Source: the human T2T-CHM13v2.0 reference genome, Homo sapiens. From it: DNA of 64,000 nt. Shown one piece after another: positions 17,396-28,870 of the stretch. The notes below the pieces were generated by a model. The model had not been told where the DNA came from, made no database searches, and saw nothing but the letters and a program-made list of their open reading frames with translations. The translations under genes were made by a program, and so were the position numbers. Position 1 is the stretch's first letter; each line of letters starts with the position of its first letter. The stretch lies in NCBI RefSeq assembly GCF_009914755.1, contig NC_060927.1; one strand, written 5' to 3'.

Positions 17396-18293
17396 ACTTT
17401 TCTGGAAGGTAAGAACCCCCGAACCCCTTCCTTCCATTTCTCTACTCTCTCTTTTCTCTAGGCTTGCTTCCTTCACTATAGGCAACCTTCCACCCTCCAT
17501 TCCTCCTTCTACTCCCTTGGCCTGTGTTCTCAAAAACTTAAAACCTCTTCAACTCACACCTGACCTAAAACCTAAATGCATTTTCTTCTGCAATGCCGCT
17601 TGACCCCAATACAAACTCGACAGTAGTTCCAAATAGCCAGAAAATGGCACTTTGAATTTTTCCATCCTGCAAAATCTAAATAATTCTTGTCGTAAAATAG
17701 GCAAACGGTCTGAGGTGCCTGACGTCCAGGCATTCTTTTACACATCAGTCCCTTCCTGGTCTCTGTGCCCAGTGCAACTCGTCCCAAATCTTCCCTCTTT
17801 CCCTCCCGCCTGTCCCCTCAGTACCAACCCCAAGCATCACTGAGTCTTTCTAATCTTCCTTTTTTACAGACCCATCTGACCTCTCCCCTCCTCCCCAGGC
17901 TGCTCCTCGCCAGGCCGAGCTAGGTCCCAATTCTTCCTCAGCCTCTGCTCCTCCACCCTATAATCTTTTTATCACCTCCCCTCCTCACACCTGGTCCGGC
18001 TTACAGTTTCGTTCCGAGACTAGCCCTCCCCCACCTGCCCAGCAATTTACTCTTAAAAAGATGGCTGGAGCCAAAGGCATAGTCAAGGTTAATGCTCCTT
18101 TTTCTTTATCCCAAATCAGATAGCGTTTAGGCTTTTTCATCAAATATAAAAACCCAGCCCAGTTCATTGCTCGTTTGGCAGCAACCCCGAGACGCTTTAC
18201 GGCCCTAGACCCTAAAAGGTCAAAAGGCCGTCTTATTCCCAATATACATTTTATTACCCAGTCTGCTCCTGACATTAAATAAAACTCCAAAAA

Positions 18294-18698
18294 TTGGAAT
18301 CTGGCCCTCAAACCCCACAACAGGACTTAATTAACCTCACCTTCAAGGTGTACAATAACAGAAAAAAGTTGCAATTCCTTGCCTCCACTGTGAGACAAAC
18401 CCCAGCCACATCTCCAGCACACAAGAACTTCCAAACGCCTGAACCACAGAAGCCAGGCGTTCCTCCAGAACCTCCTCCCCCAGGAGCTTGCTACACGTGC
18501 CGGAAATCTGGCCACTGGGCCAAGGAATGCCCGCAGCCCGGGATTCCTCCTAAGCTGCGTCCCATCTGTGTGGGACCCCACTGGAAATCAGACTGTTCAA
18601 CTCACCTGGCAGCCACTCCCAGAGCCCCTGGAACTCTGGCCCAAGGCTCTCTGACTGACTTCTTCCCAGATCTTCTCAGCTTAGCGGCTGAAGACTGA
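18294..18698 (+). pseudogene. HERV-H gag C-terminal / nucleocapsid remnant
   Basis: CYTCRKSGHWAKEC (CX2CX4HX4C) at 18489-18530. A second degenerate knuckle RPICVGPHWKSDC follows. The upstream gag is interrupted by stops. Confidence 0.9.
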
Positions 18699-19157
18699 CA
18701 CTGCCCGATCGCCTCGGAAGCCCCCTAGACCATCACGGATGCCGAGCTTCGGGTAACTCTCACAGTGGAAGGTAAGCCCGTCCCCTTCTTAATCAATACG
18801 GAGGCTACCCACTCCACATTACCTTCTTTTCAAGGGCCTGTTTCCCTTGCCTCCATAACTGTTGTGGGTATTGACGGCCAGGCTTTTAAACCTCTTAAAA
18901 CTCCCCAACTCTAGTGCCAACTTAGACAATACTCCTTTAAGCACTCCTTTTTAGTTATCCCCACCTGCCCAGTTCCCTTATTAGGCCGAGACACTTTAAC
19001 TAAATTATCTGCTTCCCTGACTATTCCTGGACTATAGCCACATCTCATTGCCACCCTTCTCCCCAACCCAAAGCCTCCTTCGCATCTTCCTCTCATATCC
19101 CCCCACCTTAACCCACAAGTATGGGACATCTCTACTCCTTCCCTGGCAACCGATCAC

Positions 19158-19680
19158 ATGCCCATTACCATCCCATTAAAACCTAATCACCCTTACCCCA
19201 CTCAACGCCAATATCCAATCCCGCAGCACGCTTTAAAAGGATTAAAGCCTGTTATCACTCGCCTGCTACAGCATGGGCTTCTAAAACATATAAACTCTCC
19301 TTACCATTCCCCCATTTTACCTGTCCTAAAACCAGACAAGGCTTACAAGTTAGTTCAGAATCTGCGCCTTATCAACCAAATTGTTTTGCCTATCCACCCC
19401 GTGGTGCCAAACCCATATACTCTCCTATCCTCGATACCTCCCTCTACTACCCATTATTCTGTTCTGGATCTCAAACATGCTTTCTTTACTATTCCTTTGC
19501 ACCCTTCATCCCAGCCTCTCTTTGCCTTCACTTAGACTGACCCTGACACCCATTAGGCTCAGCAAATTACCTGGGCTGTACTGCCGCAAGGCTTCACAGA
19601 CAGCCCCCATTACTTCAGTCAAGCCCAAATTTCATCTTCATCTGTTACCTATCTCGGCATAATTCTCATAAAAACACATG
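19158..19680 (+). pseudogene. HERV-H pol (reverse transcriptase) remnant
   Basis: QYPIP...SPYHSPILPVLKPDKAYKLVQNLRLINQIV...VPNPYTLLS...YSVLDLKHAFFTIPLHP, then in-frame stops, then LPQGFTDSP. The YxDD region is missing. Confidence 0.9.
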
Positions 19681-21527
19681 TGCTCTCCCTGCTGATCGTG
19701 TCCGATTAATCTCCCAAACCTCAATCCCTTACAAAAGAACAACTCCTTTCCTTCCTAGGCATGGTTAGCGCGGTCAGAATTCTTACACAAGAGCCAGGAC
19801 CACACCGTGTAGCCTTTCTGTCCAAACAACTTGACCTTACTGTTTTAGCCTAGCCCTAATGTCTGCGTGCAGCGGCTGCCGCTGCTTTAATACTGTTAGA
19901 GGCCCTAAAAATCACAAACTATGCTCAACTCACTCTCTACATTTCTCATAACGTCCAAAATCTATTTTCTTCCTCATACCTGATGCATATACTTTCTGCT
20001 CCCCGGCTCCTTCAGCTGTACTCACTCTTTAAGTCCCACAATTACCATTGTTCCTGGCCCGGACTTCAATCTGGCCTCCCACATTATTCCTGATACCACA
20101 CCTGACCCCCATGACTGTATCTCTCTGATCCACCTGATATTCACCCCATTTCCCCATATTTCCTTCTTTCCTGTTCCTCACCCTGATCACGCTTGATTTA
20201 TTGATGGCAGTTCCACCAGACCCAATCGCCACACTCCAGCAAAGGCAGGCTGTGCTATAGTACAAGCCACTAGCCCGCCTCTCAGAACCTCTCATTTCCT
20301 TTCCATCGTGGAAATCTATCCTCAAGGAAATAACTTCTCAGTGTTCCATCTGCTATTCTACTACTCCTCAGGGATTATTCACGCCCCCTCCCTTCCCTAC
20401 ACATCAAGCTCGAGGATTTGCCCCCACCCAGGACTGGCAAATTAGCTTTACTCAACATGCCCCGAGTCAGGAAACTAAACTATTAGACCTCTTAGTCTAA
20501 ATAGACACTTTCACTGAATAAGTAAAGGCCTTTCCTACAGGGTCTGAGAAGGCCACCACAGGAATTTCTTCCCTTCTGTCAGACATAATTCCTCAGTTTA
20601 GCCTTCCCACCTCTATACAGTCTGATAACAGACCAGCCTTTATTAGTCAAATCAGCCAAGCATTTTTTCAGGCTCTCAGTATTCAGTGAAACCTTTATAT
20701 CCCTTATGGTCCTCCGTCTTCAAGAAAAGTAGAACGGACTAAAGGTCTTTTAAAAACACACCTCACCAAGCTCAGCCACCAACTTAAAAAGGACTGGACA
20801 ATACTTTTACCACTTTCTCTTCTCAGAATTCAGGCCTGTCCTCAGAATGCTACAAGGTGTACAGGAGCCCATTTAAGCTCCTGTATAGACGCTCCTTTTT
20901 ATTAGGCCCCAGTCTCATTCGACACCAGACCAACTTAGACTGTGCCCCCAAAAAAACTTGTCATCCCTACTATCTTTTGTCTAGTCATACTCCTATTCAC
21001 CATTCTCAACTACTCATACATGCCCTGCTCTTGTTTACACTGCCAGTTTACACTGTTTCTCCAAGCCATCACAGCTGATATCTCCTGGTGCTATCCCCAA
21101 ACTGTCACTCTAAACTCTTGAAGTAAATAAATAATCTTTGCTGGCAGGGCTATGCTGAACCTCCTTAGGCACTCTCTAATCAGATGTCCTAGGTCCTCCC
21201 AATTCTTAGACCTTTTATACCTGTTTTTCTCCTTCTCTTACTCCATTTAGTTTTTCAATTCATACAAAACCGTATCCAGGCCATCACCAATCATTCTGTA
21301 CGACAAATATTTCTTCTAACAACCCCACAATATCACCCCTTACCACAAAATCTTCCTTCAGCTTAATCTCTCCCACTCTAGGTTCCCACGCCGCCCCTAA
21401 TCCCGCTTGAAGCAGCCCTGAGAAACATCGCCCATTCTCTCTCCATGCCACCCCCAAAAAATTTTGCCGCCCCAACACTTCAACACTATTTTGTTTTATT
21501 TTTCTTATTAATATAAGAAGGCAGGAA

Positions 21528-21961
21528 TGTCAGGCCTCTGAGCCCAAGCCAAGCCATCGCATCCCCTGTGACTTGCACGTATACGCCCAGATGGCCTGAA
21601 GTAACTGAAGAATCACAAAAGTAGTGGAAAGGCCCTGCCCGGCCTTAACTGATGACATTCCACCATTGTGATTTGTTCCTGCCCCACCTTAACTGAGTGA
21701 TTAACCCTGTGAATTTCCTACTCCTGGCTCAGAAGCTCCCCCACTGAGCACCTTGTGACCCCCGCCCCTGCCCACCAGAGAACAACCCCCTTTGACTGTA
21801 ATTTTCCATTACCTTCCCAAATCCTATAAAACGGCCCCACCCCTCTCTCCCTTCGCTGACTCTCTTTTCGGACTCAGCCCGCCTGCACCCAGGTGAAATA
21901 AACAGCCATGTAGCTCACACAAAGCCTGTTTGGTGGTCTCTTCACACCGACGCGCATGAAA
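21528..21961 (+). mobile_element. HERV-H 3' LTR (LTR7), complete U3-R-U5
   Basis: Starts TGTCAGGCCTCTGAGCCCAAGC after the PPT. TATAAAA at 21825, AATAAA at 21897-21902, ends CGCGCATGAAA. Confidence 0.95.
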
Positions 21962-22044
21962 GTCTCGATCTCCTGGCCTCATGATCCGCCCGCCTTGGCC
22001 TCCCAAGGTGCTGGGATTGCAGGCGTGAGCCACTGTGCCCGGCC
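21962..22044 (-). mobile_element. Alu 5' fragment (~83 nt) abutting the LTR end
   Basis: GTCTCGATCTCCTGGCCTCATGATCCGCCCGCC...GTGCCCGGCC is the reverse complement of the Alu start. The rest of this Alu is absent from the locus. Confidence 0.9.
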
Positions 22045-22129
22045 AACACTCTCTTAAATTAATCACTTTGAATAGTAAAGTAAAAAAAAAAAAAAAAAAA
22101 TCACCAGCTCATATTAAAAAGCCATTTAT

Positions 22130-22433
<304 letters not shown>

Positions 22434-23226
22434 TCATTCATAATCCGACCTTTACCTCCTTTACCTAAATATGTTCAGCTTCACCTGTCCCTCATTCCAG
22501 CCTCTTATTTCTCAGCTTTACCGAACTTATATCAATATTTCTCAGAGATGAATGAATTTTCATGCTTTCATGTCTTTTTTCTTCTCACCCAGAATGCTCC
22601 TTATTTTCTCTCCGAGTCGTGGACTCTATGCCTGCTCATGTGTCAAGACGTAGCTCAACTTCCAACTTCACTAAAATTATCAACCTCACGGTGGGTTCTC
22701 AGCTAGAGTTAGGCCTTCCCATAGCTCTAAATCTCTAGCACTTAACAGACAACATTTTAGATAGTTGGTTTTGCATTCATTGTCTTTATTGGAGTGAAAG
22801 CTTTCTAAAGAAAAGGAAGGTACCTAAATATTTAACAGATGTATCAATACCTAAGACTAGACTATGCAAGTGGCTCTCCTGGGTGAATTAATAAATACTC
22901 AAATAAATACTTGAATGAAGAGAAGAGCCAAGGAGCACCCACGCCAGAATATTCGAGAAAAGTATTTGATAAGATCATTTTGCAAGAGTTTATGAGGTAT
23001 ATCCAGGAAACACATATTAAATGCTATTTGACCACAGATTCCATAAAATTATGCAGAGAAAAAAAGAATTATAGATCGAGAACTTCTCCAACAATTTCTG
23101 ATGATCTGGTGAAGAAATCAATGTCCACAGTCATGAAATAATAAAAAAGAATTCAATATATGACAATTATGAAATTAATTATGAAATTAATAAAATCTTA
23201 TTAAATTATGAAATTAAAAAAAAAAA

Positions 23227-23930
23227 GAAAATGCAAATGAAAACCCCAGTAAACTACTACCTCACGCACACTAGGAAGTCTATAATAAAAAAGTCAGTAA
23301 ATGTTGGTGAGGATATAGAAGCCTCATACATGCTTATGGGAATGTAAAAAGGTCCTCAAAAAATTAAAGATAGAGTTATCAAATGATATAGCAATTCCAC
23401 ATCAGTGTATACCTAAGAGAAATGAAAACATGTCTATGCAAAGACTTGTACAGAAATGAGCATAATGGCATTAGTTATAATACCTAATGTGTGTAAACAG
23501 CTCAAATGTCCATCAACTGATGAATGGATGAACATTTGTATTTCCATGCAATGAAATATTACTCAGCTATAAAATTGAATGAAGCATTGATACATGCCAC
23601 AACATGGATGAATCTTGAAACAGTATGCTAGTCATAAAATATCACATATTATATGATTCCATTTATATGAATTGTCCAGAAAAGACAAATCTATAAATGA
23701 TAGAAAATAGATTAGTGGTTGTCTAGGGCTGGGTAGGGAGTGGAGATGAATGTTTGGGGGTTGATAGCTAACGAATATGGGTTTTCTGTTTGAGGAGATG
23801 AAAGTGTCCTAAAATTTACCATCATGATGGCTGCACATATCTATTAGTATACTAAATATCATTCCATTGTACACTATAAATAGATAAATCATGTGGTATA
23901 TGATTATATATAAATAAAGCTGTTACAAAA
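23227..23930 (+). mobile_element. Old L1 (L1MB-like), right half with 3' UTR
   Basis: Continues GAAAATGCAAATGAAAACCCCAGT...ATGTTGGTGAGGAT... to AATAAAGCTGTT, colinear with the left half. Confidence 0.88.
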
Positions 23931-23934
23931 TCAT

Positions 23935-24000
23935 ATACTCATTTGAAATTCAAATTTAACTGGTGGTCCTGTATTTTTATGTGTTAAAGCTGGCAACTGT
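23935..24000. mobile_element. MER53-like MITE, right half
   Basis: AAATTCAAATTTAACTGGTGGTCCTGTATTTTTATGTGTTAAAGCTGGCAACTGT, the opposite arm of the palindromic element. Confidence 0.75.
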
Positions 24001-24394
24001 ATTTTAAGAGAAAAGTGCTAATCACTCTTAGCAAGTACAATTCCCTTTTTCTCAGTGCTGCCACTCTTCTGTCTTCTTTATCTCAGAGGAACTCCTCTGC
24101 ACTCCTCCAGTCATATTTGTCTTGCTGTCAGAACAACCTGCTCTTCCTATCCTTGGTGGCTAGATCAGCCCTGCTGCAGGATGGAAGTCTAACTTGTATT
24201 CTGCTATTGTGAGAATTAAATTCCCTTTAATGCCCTGACATTTTAAAATTTTCAAAATGAATAGAAAAGGTTTTGAGCAACCCCATATAGTGGTTTCTTC
24301 CCAGCTTGAGTAATATTATTTCTTTAATTAAGGTTAGCTATGAAATTAAGAGGCATTTTAAGGATTTTGACTTTTTCCCACTTTTCCTTTTCAA

Positions 24395-24705
24395 CCAGTG
24401 GCTCTCAAACATTGACGCGTATTAATGTCACATGGAGACATTTTTAAAATCCAGATGCCCAAGCCACATCCCAAGCCAATTAACTTAGAAGTTCTGGAGG
24501 TGGGGCCCTGGTATCAGTAAGTTTTAAAGCTTTCTGTGTGATCTTTATTGTATTTATCCAGATGCAATATTCATACAAGTCACCCAGAAACTTGTAAAAC
24601 TACAGATTCTGATTCAGTGAAGCCAAAGATCCTGCATTTCTATTACGGTCCAAGTAGAAAGCGAAGCTGTTGGCTCATATACTATTATTTGAGTATCAAA
24701 GCTGT
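24395..24705. mobile_element. MER5-type hAT remnants
   Basis: CAGTGGCTCTCAAAC...CAGATGCCCAAGCCACATCCC...CAGATTCTGATTCAGT motifs. Confidence 0.6.
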
Positions 24706-25599
24706 ACAGCATTAAAGAAGGATAATGGAATAGGATTGCAAATGTGGAATAAGTTATGGAGGCTCACTCTTAGTAACTCTACTGTGCCCACCTGAGGCCT
24801 GCTGCTTTAAAAGTCTAGGGTTATAAGTTTAACAACAGCAACAACCCCTTTTTATTAAGTGATTACTACATGCTTTGTGCTCCACATACATTACTTTATT
24901 TATGGCTCAAAACATCCCTATGGAGTTGTCCGGCAGATGCTATTGATGCTCCACCCTATATTTTCTTGGTCGACTTCTGAGTTCACCTCAAACCATAGTG
25001 AATAGCTCCCATACAAGTTGCCTACCTTCAGCACCTGAGTCCCTCAGCTCCTTTGCCTGAGGGCTTTCTCCAAAGCCACAGGAATGGGCTCAGCCCCATG
25101 CAGGGAAGCATGGAATGCCAAGCACTGGACTATCATGATTTGTTTCTAACGTACAGTTTGAATGCAAGAATGTTTATAGCAGTTTTATCAATAATAGTGC
25201 CAAACTGGAAACAATCCAAATGTCCATCAGCAGGAGAGTGGATAATTCAATTACAGTTTATTCATACAATGAAATCCCACATAGCAATAAAAAATGAACT
25301 ACTGCTGCAGGCACAACGTGGATGAATCTCATAGACATATGTCAAGCAAAAAACCCCAACAATTTATGAAGGTCAAGAGCAGACAAAACTGATCAATAAT
25401 GATAGAAGTCAGAATAGTAGTTATTTGAGGACAGCAGCATTAGGGGAAAAGCGCATTGATTAGGGTAGTGGAAATGTTCCATATCTTGACCTGGGTAATG
25501 GTTTTATGGGTGTAAACATATGTAAATACTCATCAAGCAGTACTCTTCAAAATTTGTGCACTTGATGCACCCTCACTGTATGCTTGTCACTCCTCGTCA

Positions 25600-26085
25600 C
25601 AGCTGCTATGGCAGATATGGCATCTTTACTGATCGGTTCAGCACATCCCCTGGCACTTGGTATGCAGCTATTGATTTAGCGAATACATTCTTTTCAATTC
25701 CCAACAGGTAAGAGGATGAAAACTGTTTTTACTTACATAGGAAGAATGACAGAACACATTTAATTTCTTGTCCCAGGACTAAGTTAACTTTCCTGCTTTC
25801 TTTGATAAAACATATTCCAAAGGGATATTATTTCTTTTACATTCACAGAACATTGTTTAGTACTCCACTATATTGGTCACATTAAATTAACTAGACTTGG
25901 TGAGCAGAAAATGGCAAGTTCTCTGGATGACCTGGTAAGACAAACATGTGTCAGAAGGTGTGAGAAAACCCTCTCCAAGATCCAGGGGTTTTCCCCATAT
26001 GTACAGTTTGTAGGGATCCAATATTCTTGGGCATGCCAGGACATTCCCTCCAAGAAAATGGACAAATCACTGCATCTACATAAAG
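25600..26085 (+). pseudogene. Ancient ERV-L-class pol (RT) remnant
   Basis: Translates in pieces to STSPGTWYAAIDLANTFFSIP and ...HYIGHI...LDDLVRQ...KIQGFSPYVQFVGIQYSWACQDIPSKKMDKSLHL. These parallel ERV-L RT (GTWYAAIDLANAFFSIP; KIQGP...VKFLGVQW...CRDIPSKVKDKLLHL). Confidence 0.8.
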
Positions 26086-26379
26086 AAAAAAGAGCAGCCT
26101 TATCAAGCCCCCTCAGGGAATCTGTCACCAGCAGTACCATGCCACCCCCTCAGAGGTCTGGGTCCTAACTTTGTAGGTCCCCTCCTTCAAGCTTCTACAT
26201 TTTAAAAACCTCATCTTTCCCTTCTTTGTCCAGCCCCAGGGGCAGTAGCTGCTTCCTACTTCCGCAGATATTATCTCTGTTACATTAGTGTTCCCATTCT
26301 GCCTTTCCAGTTCTCCAATGACTGTTTAGGCAATGTGCTGTGAAAATAACGAGTATGGTGGTTTCCTTCTTCCCTTTCT

Positions 26380-26772
26380 TCCTGTTAGGATTCAACCAGA
26401 GAAATGTAATTAGTAGGAGATTTATTGCAAGGAATTGGCTTATGTGATTGTGGGGCCTGGCGAGTCTGAAATGGGCTGGGCAAGCCATCAGAAACAACAG
26501 GCATTAGGAACTCTCTGGCATGAGCTGAAGCTTCTATCTGAAGGCAGAATTTCTTTTCTTCAGGGCAGCCTCAGGTCTGCTCTTAAAGCCTTTCAACTGA
26601 CTCTATCAGGCCCACTCAGAGTATCTAGGATAACTTCCCTTACTGAAAGTCAACTGATTATGAACTTTAATCACATCTACAAAATATCTTCACAGTGACA
26701 CCCAGATGAATGTTTGATTGAATAACTAGAAACAACGGCCTAGCCATGTTATGCATAAAACTGACAATTACC
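26380..26772 (-). mobile_element. MLT2-like (ERVL) LTR
   Basis: GGAGATTTATTGCAAGGAATTGGCTTATGTGATTGTGGGG...AACTTTAATCACATCTACAAAATATCTTCACAG...CATAAAACTGACAATTAC. Confidence 0.6.
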
Positions 26773-26890
26773 TCTGAAATGTGCTGGGCGAGCCATCAGA
26801 AACAACAGGCATTAGGAACTCTCTGGCATGAGCTGAAGCTTCTATCTGAAGGCGGAATTTCTTTTCTTCAGGGCAGCCTCAGTTCTGCTC

Positions 26891-27232
26891 AGTCTACCTC
26901 TGAGTTCCCCCAAAGCTGTGGTAGACATTTCCCATACACAGTGAGAGTTTCTTACATTAAGTGTCAAAGCACCTCTGTTGCTTTCCCTGAGGGCTTTCTC
27001 AAGCTACAGGAGTATGTGTTTCACATGATTCTTCTGAAGTGGGATTGAGCCCTGTTGTCCATGGTGGTAGCCTGCCTATTAATGCACTAATGCACTCTCT
27101 ATTAGCATTTCTCTCATCCTTGACTCACTTTCCCCACTCCCTGACTTGTGCTTTCTGGGGCCACTTCCAAATAAATTACCAGCATCCAAGTCCATTATTC
27201 AAGGTCTACTTTTGAAAAAACACTAACTATGA
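26891..27232 (+). mobile_element. LTR16/LTR33-like ERVL LTR, related to the piece at ~24925-25130
   Basis: Both share CTTT(G/C)CCTGAGGGCTTTCTC..AAGC(C/T)ACAGGA. This copy ends ...CAAATAAATTACCAGCATCCAAGTCC...ACTAACTATGATA. Confidence 0.55.
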
Positions 27233-27249
27233 TAAGTAAGCATCATTGT

Positions 27250-27885
27250 CAACTCCATTCTATGTCTTCCTTTATTCCATACCAGCCAAAATGATCTCTT
27301 AATTTAATTATATCAAGTTACTCCCCTACTTAAAATCTTTTTGTGATGTCTTAACAATTAGAATAAACTTCAAACTTTTAACTAAGGCTTAAAATACCTA
27401 CCTGGACTGCCCTGGCCTGGGCCTCCAATGTCATTTCCCATTACGGTCCCCTCACTCACTTTCAGCCACACTGGCCTTCTGCTTGCTCCTCAGTCACACA
27501 AGGTCATCCTTTGTGGGGCTCATGGCCTTTGCATCTGCTGTTCTGTCTTACACATTCTCACCCACATTTTTACATGGTGGCCCCTTCTCAACATTCAGAC
27601 CTGTCCGAAATGCCTCTTCCTCAGAGAGACCCTCCTCCATCACCCTGACTGACATAACATCCTGTCTTCCAGGACTTGCAAACCTATTACTCTCCCTACA
27701 CCACGAGTATCTTTCTTTTAGGACTTTATACCATCTGAAGTGATCTTTGACTTTAACTGCCTTATTGTCTGTCTCTTTTTACTCCATGGGCAAAAGTTGG
27801 TCTGTTTTGTCCACTTTATCCTTAGGGCTCAGAATAGTGCCTGGGATGTTGCAGACCCTTGTGAAAGATGTGGTGAATTAATACA
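27250..27885 (+). mobile_element. L2 3' remnant
   Basis: TTCAGCCACACTGGCCTTCT...GGCCTTTGCATCTGCTGTT...CTCAGAGAGACCCTCCCT...AGAATAGTGCCTGG. Confidence 0.65.
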
Positions 27886-28343
27886 TGATTATAAATATGC
27901 ACATAGCTTAAAAACTTGAGTCTCTTTAGGCAACATCTGTGAGCAGGGATAAGGGATAACAAAAGTGGAGTAAACATTTTTACAAACACTGGAGTTGGGG
28001 TTCAAGATACAGAGAGGTCAAGGTTGTTCCTATGCCTATATGGATCATGAAATGATCCTAGTTAAGAGTAAGAACAAAACAGATGAAAAATCTTTGTGGT
28101 TTAGGTGGGAGTGACTAAAGGATTGGTAGATGACAAGTAGAGAGAAATGAAATTTAAAATTAGGTCTTTAGATTTTTTTTTTTCAAAAAATCCTCCCCCT
28201 GTCCTCCTCACACCAAATATTCATTGTGTTGTTGATGCCAATGGCAATTCAGTAATTTTATTGTTAGTTGTAGGTTTCCCTAATCTATTTCAAACATAGA
28301 ATAGGCCCCACATATATTATGTGCTCAATAAATACTTGTGTAG

Positions 28344-28870
28344 TGTGATTGTTAATTTTAAGTGTTAGCTTGATTGGGTTAAGGGATGCCCAGATAGCTG
28401 GTAAAACATTATTTCTGGGTGTGTCTGCAGGGTGTTGGTGGAAGAGACGAGCATTTGAATCAGTGGACTGAGTAAAGAAGATCCACACTTAACCAATGTG
28501 GGGGGCAGACATCATCCAATCCATTGACGGCCTGAATAGAACAAAAGTCAGAGGAAGGCCAAATTCTTGCTCTCTATCCTTGAGCTGGAACATCCAGCTT
28601 CTGCTCTCAGACATCCAAGCTCCTGTTTCTCAGGCCTTTGGCCTCAAGCTGAATTATACCACTGGCTTTTCTGGTTCTTCAGCTTGCGGACAGCAGATAG
28701 TAGGACTTCTTGTCCTCCATAAACATGTGAGCTAATTTTCATAAGAAATCTCTTATGAGATTATATATATAATATATAATAGTCATGGTTCTCCAGAGAA
28801 GCAGAACTAACATCCTAGAAACAACCCATGCAGTAGTCAGGGTTCTCCAGAGAAACAGAAGCCTATGAGA
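28344..28870 (+). mobile_element. MLT2 LTR
   Basis: TGTGATTGTTAATTTTAAGTGTTAGCTTGATTGGGTTAAGGGATGCCCAGATAGCTGGTAAAACATTATTTCTGGGTGTGTCTG is a typical MLT2 start. Confidence 0.8.

Larger units (their letters stand above)
16594..21527 (+). mobile_element. HERV-H internal region (defective gag-pro-pol, env largely deleted)
   Basis: Splice donor CAG|GTAAGC near 16740, C-rich leader repeats, gag zinc knuckle, degenerate protease (FLINTEATHS), RT fragment, integrase remnants near 20500-20880, and polypurine tract AAGAAGGCAGGAA at 21515-21527. Confidence 0.93.

Noticed and set aside
16425-17603. Several ORFs across the L1/LTR junction and HERV-H leader
   Set aside because: Overlapping frames in C-rich repeats with no recognisable protein and no upstream promoter.
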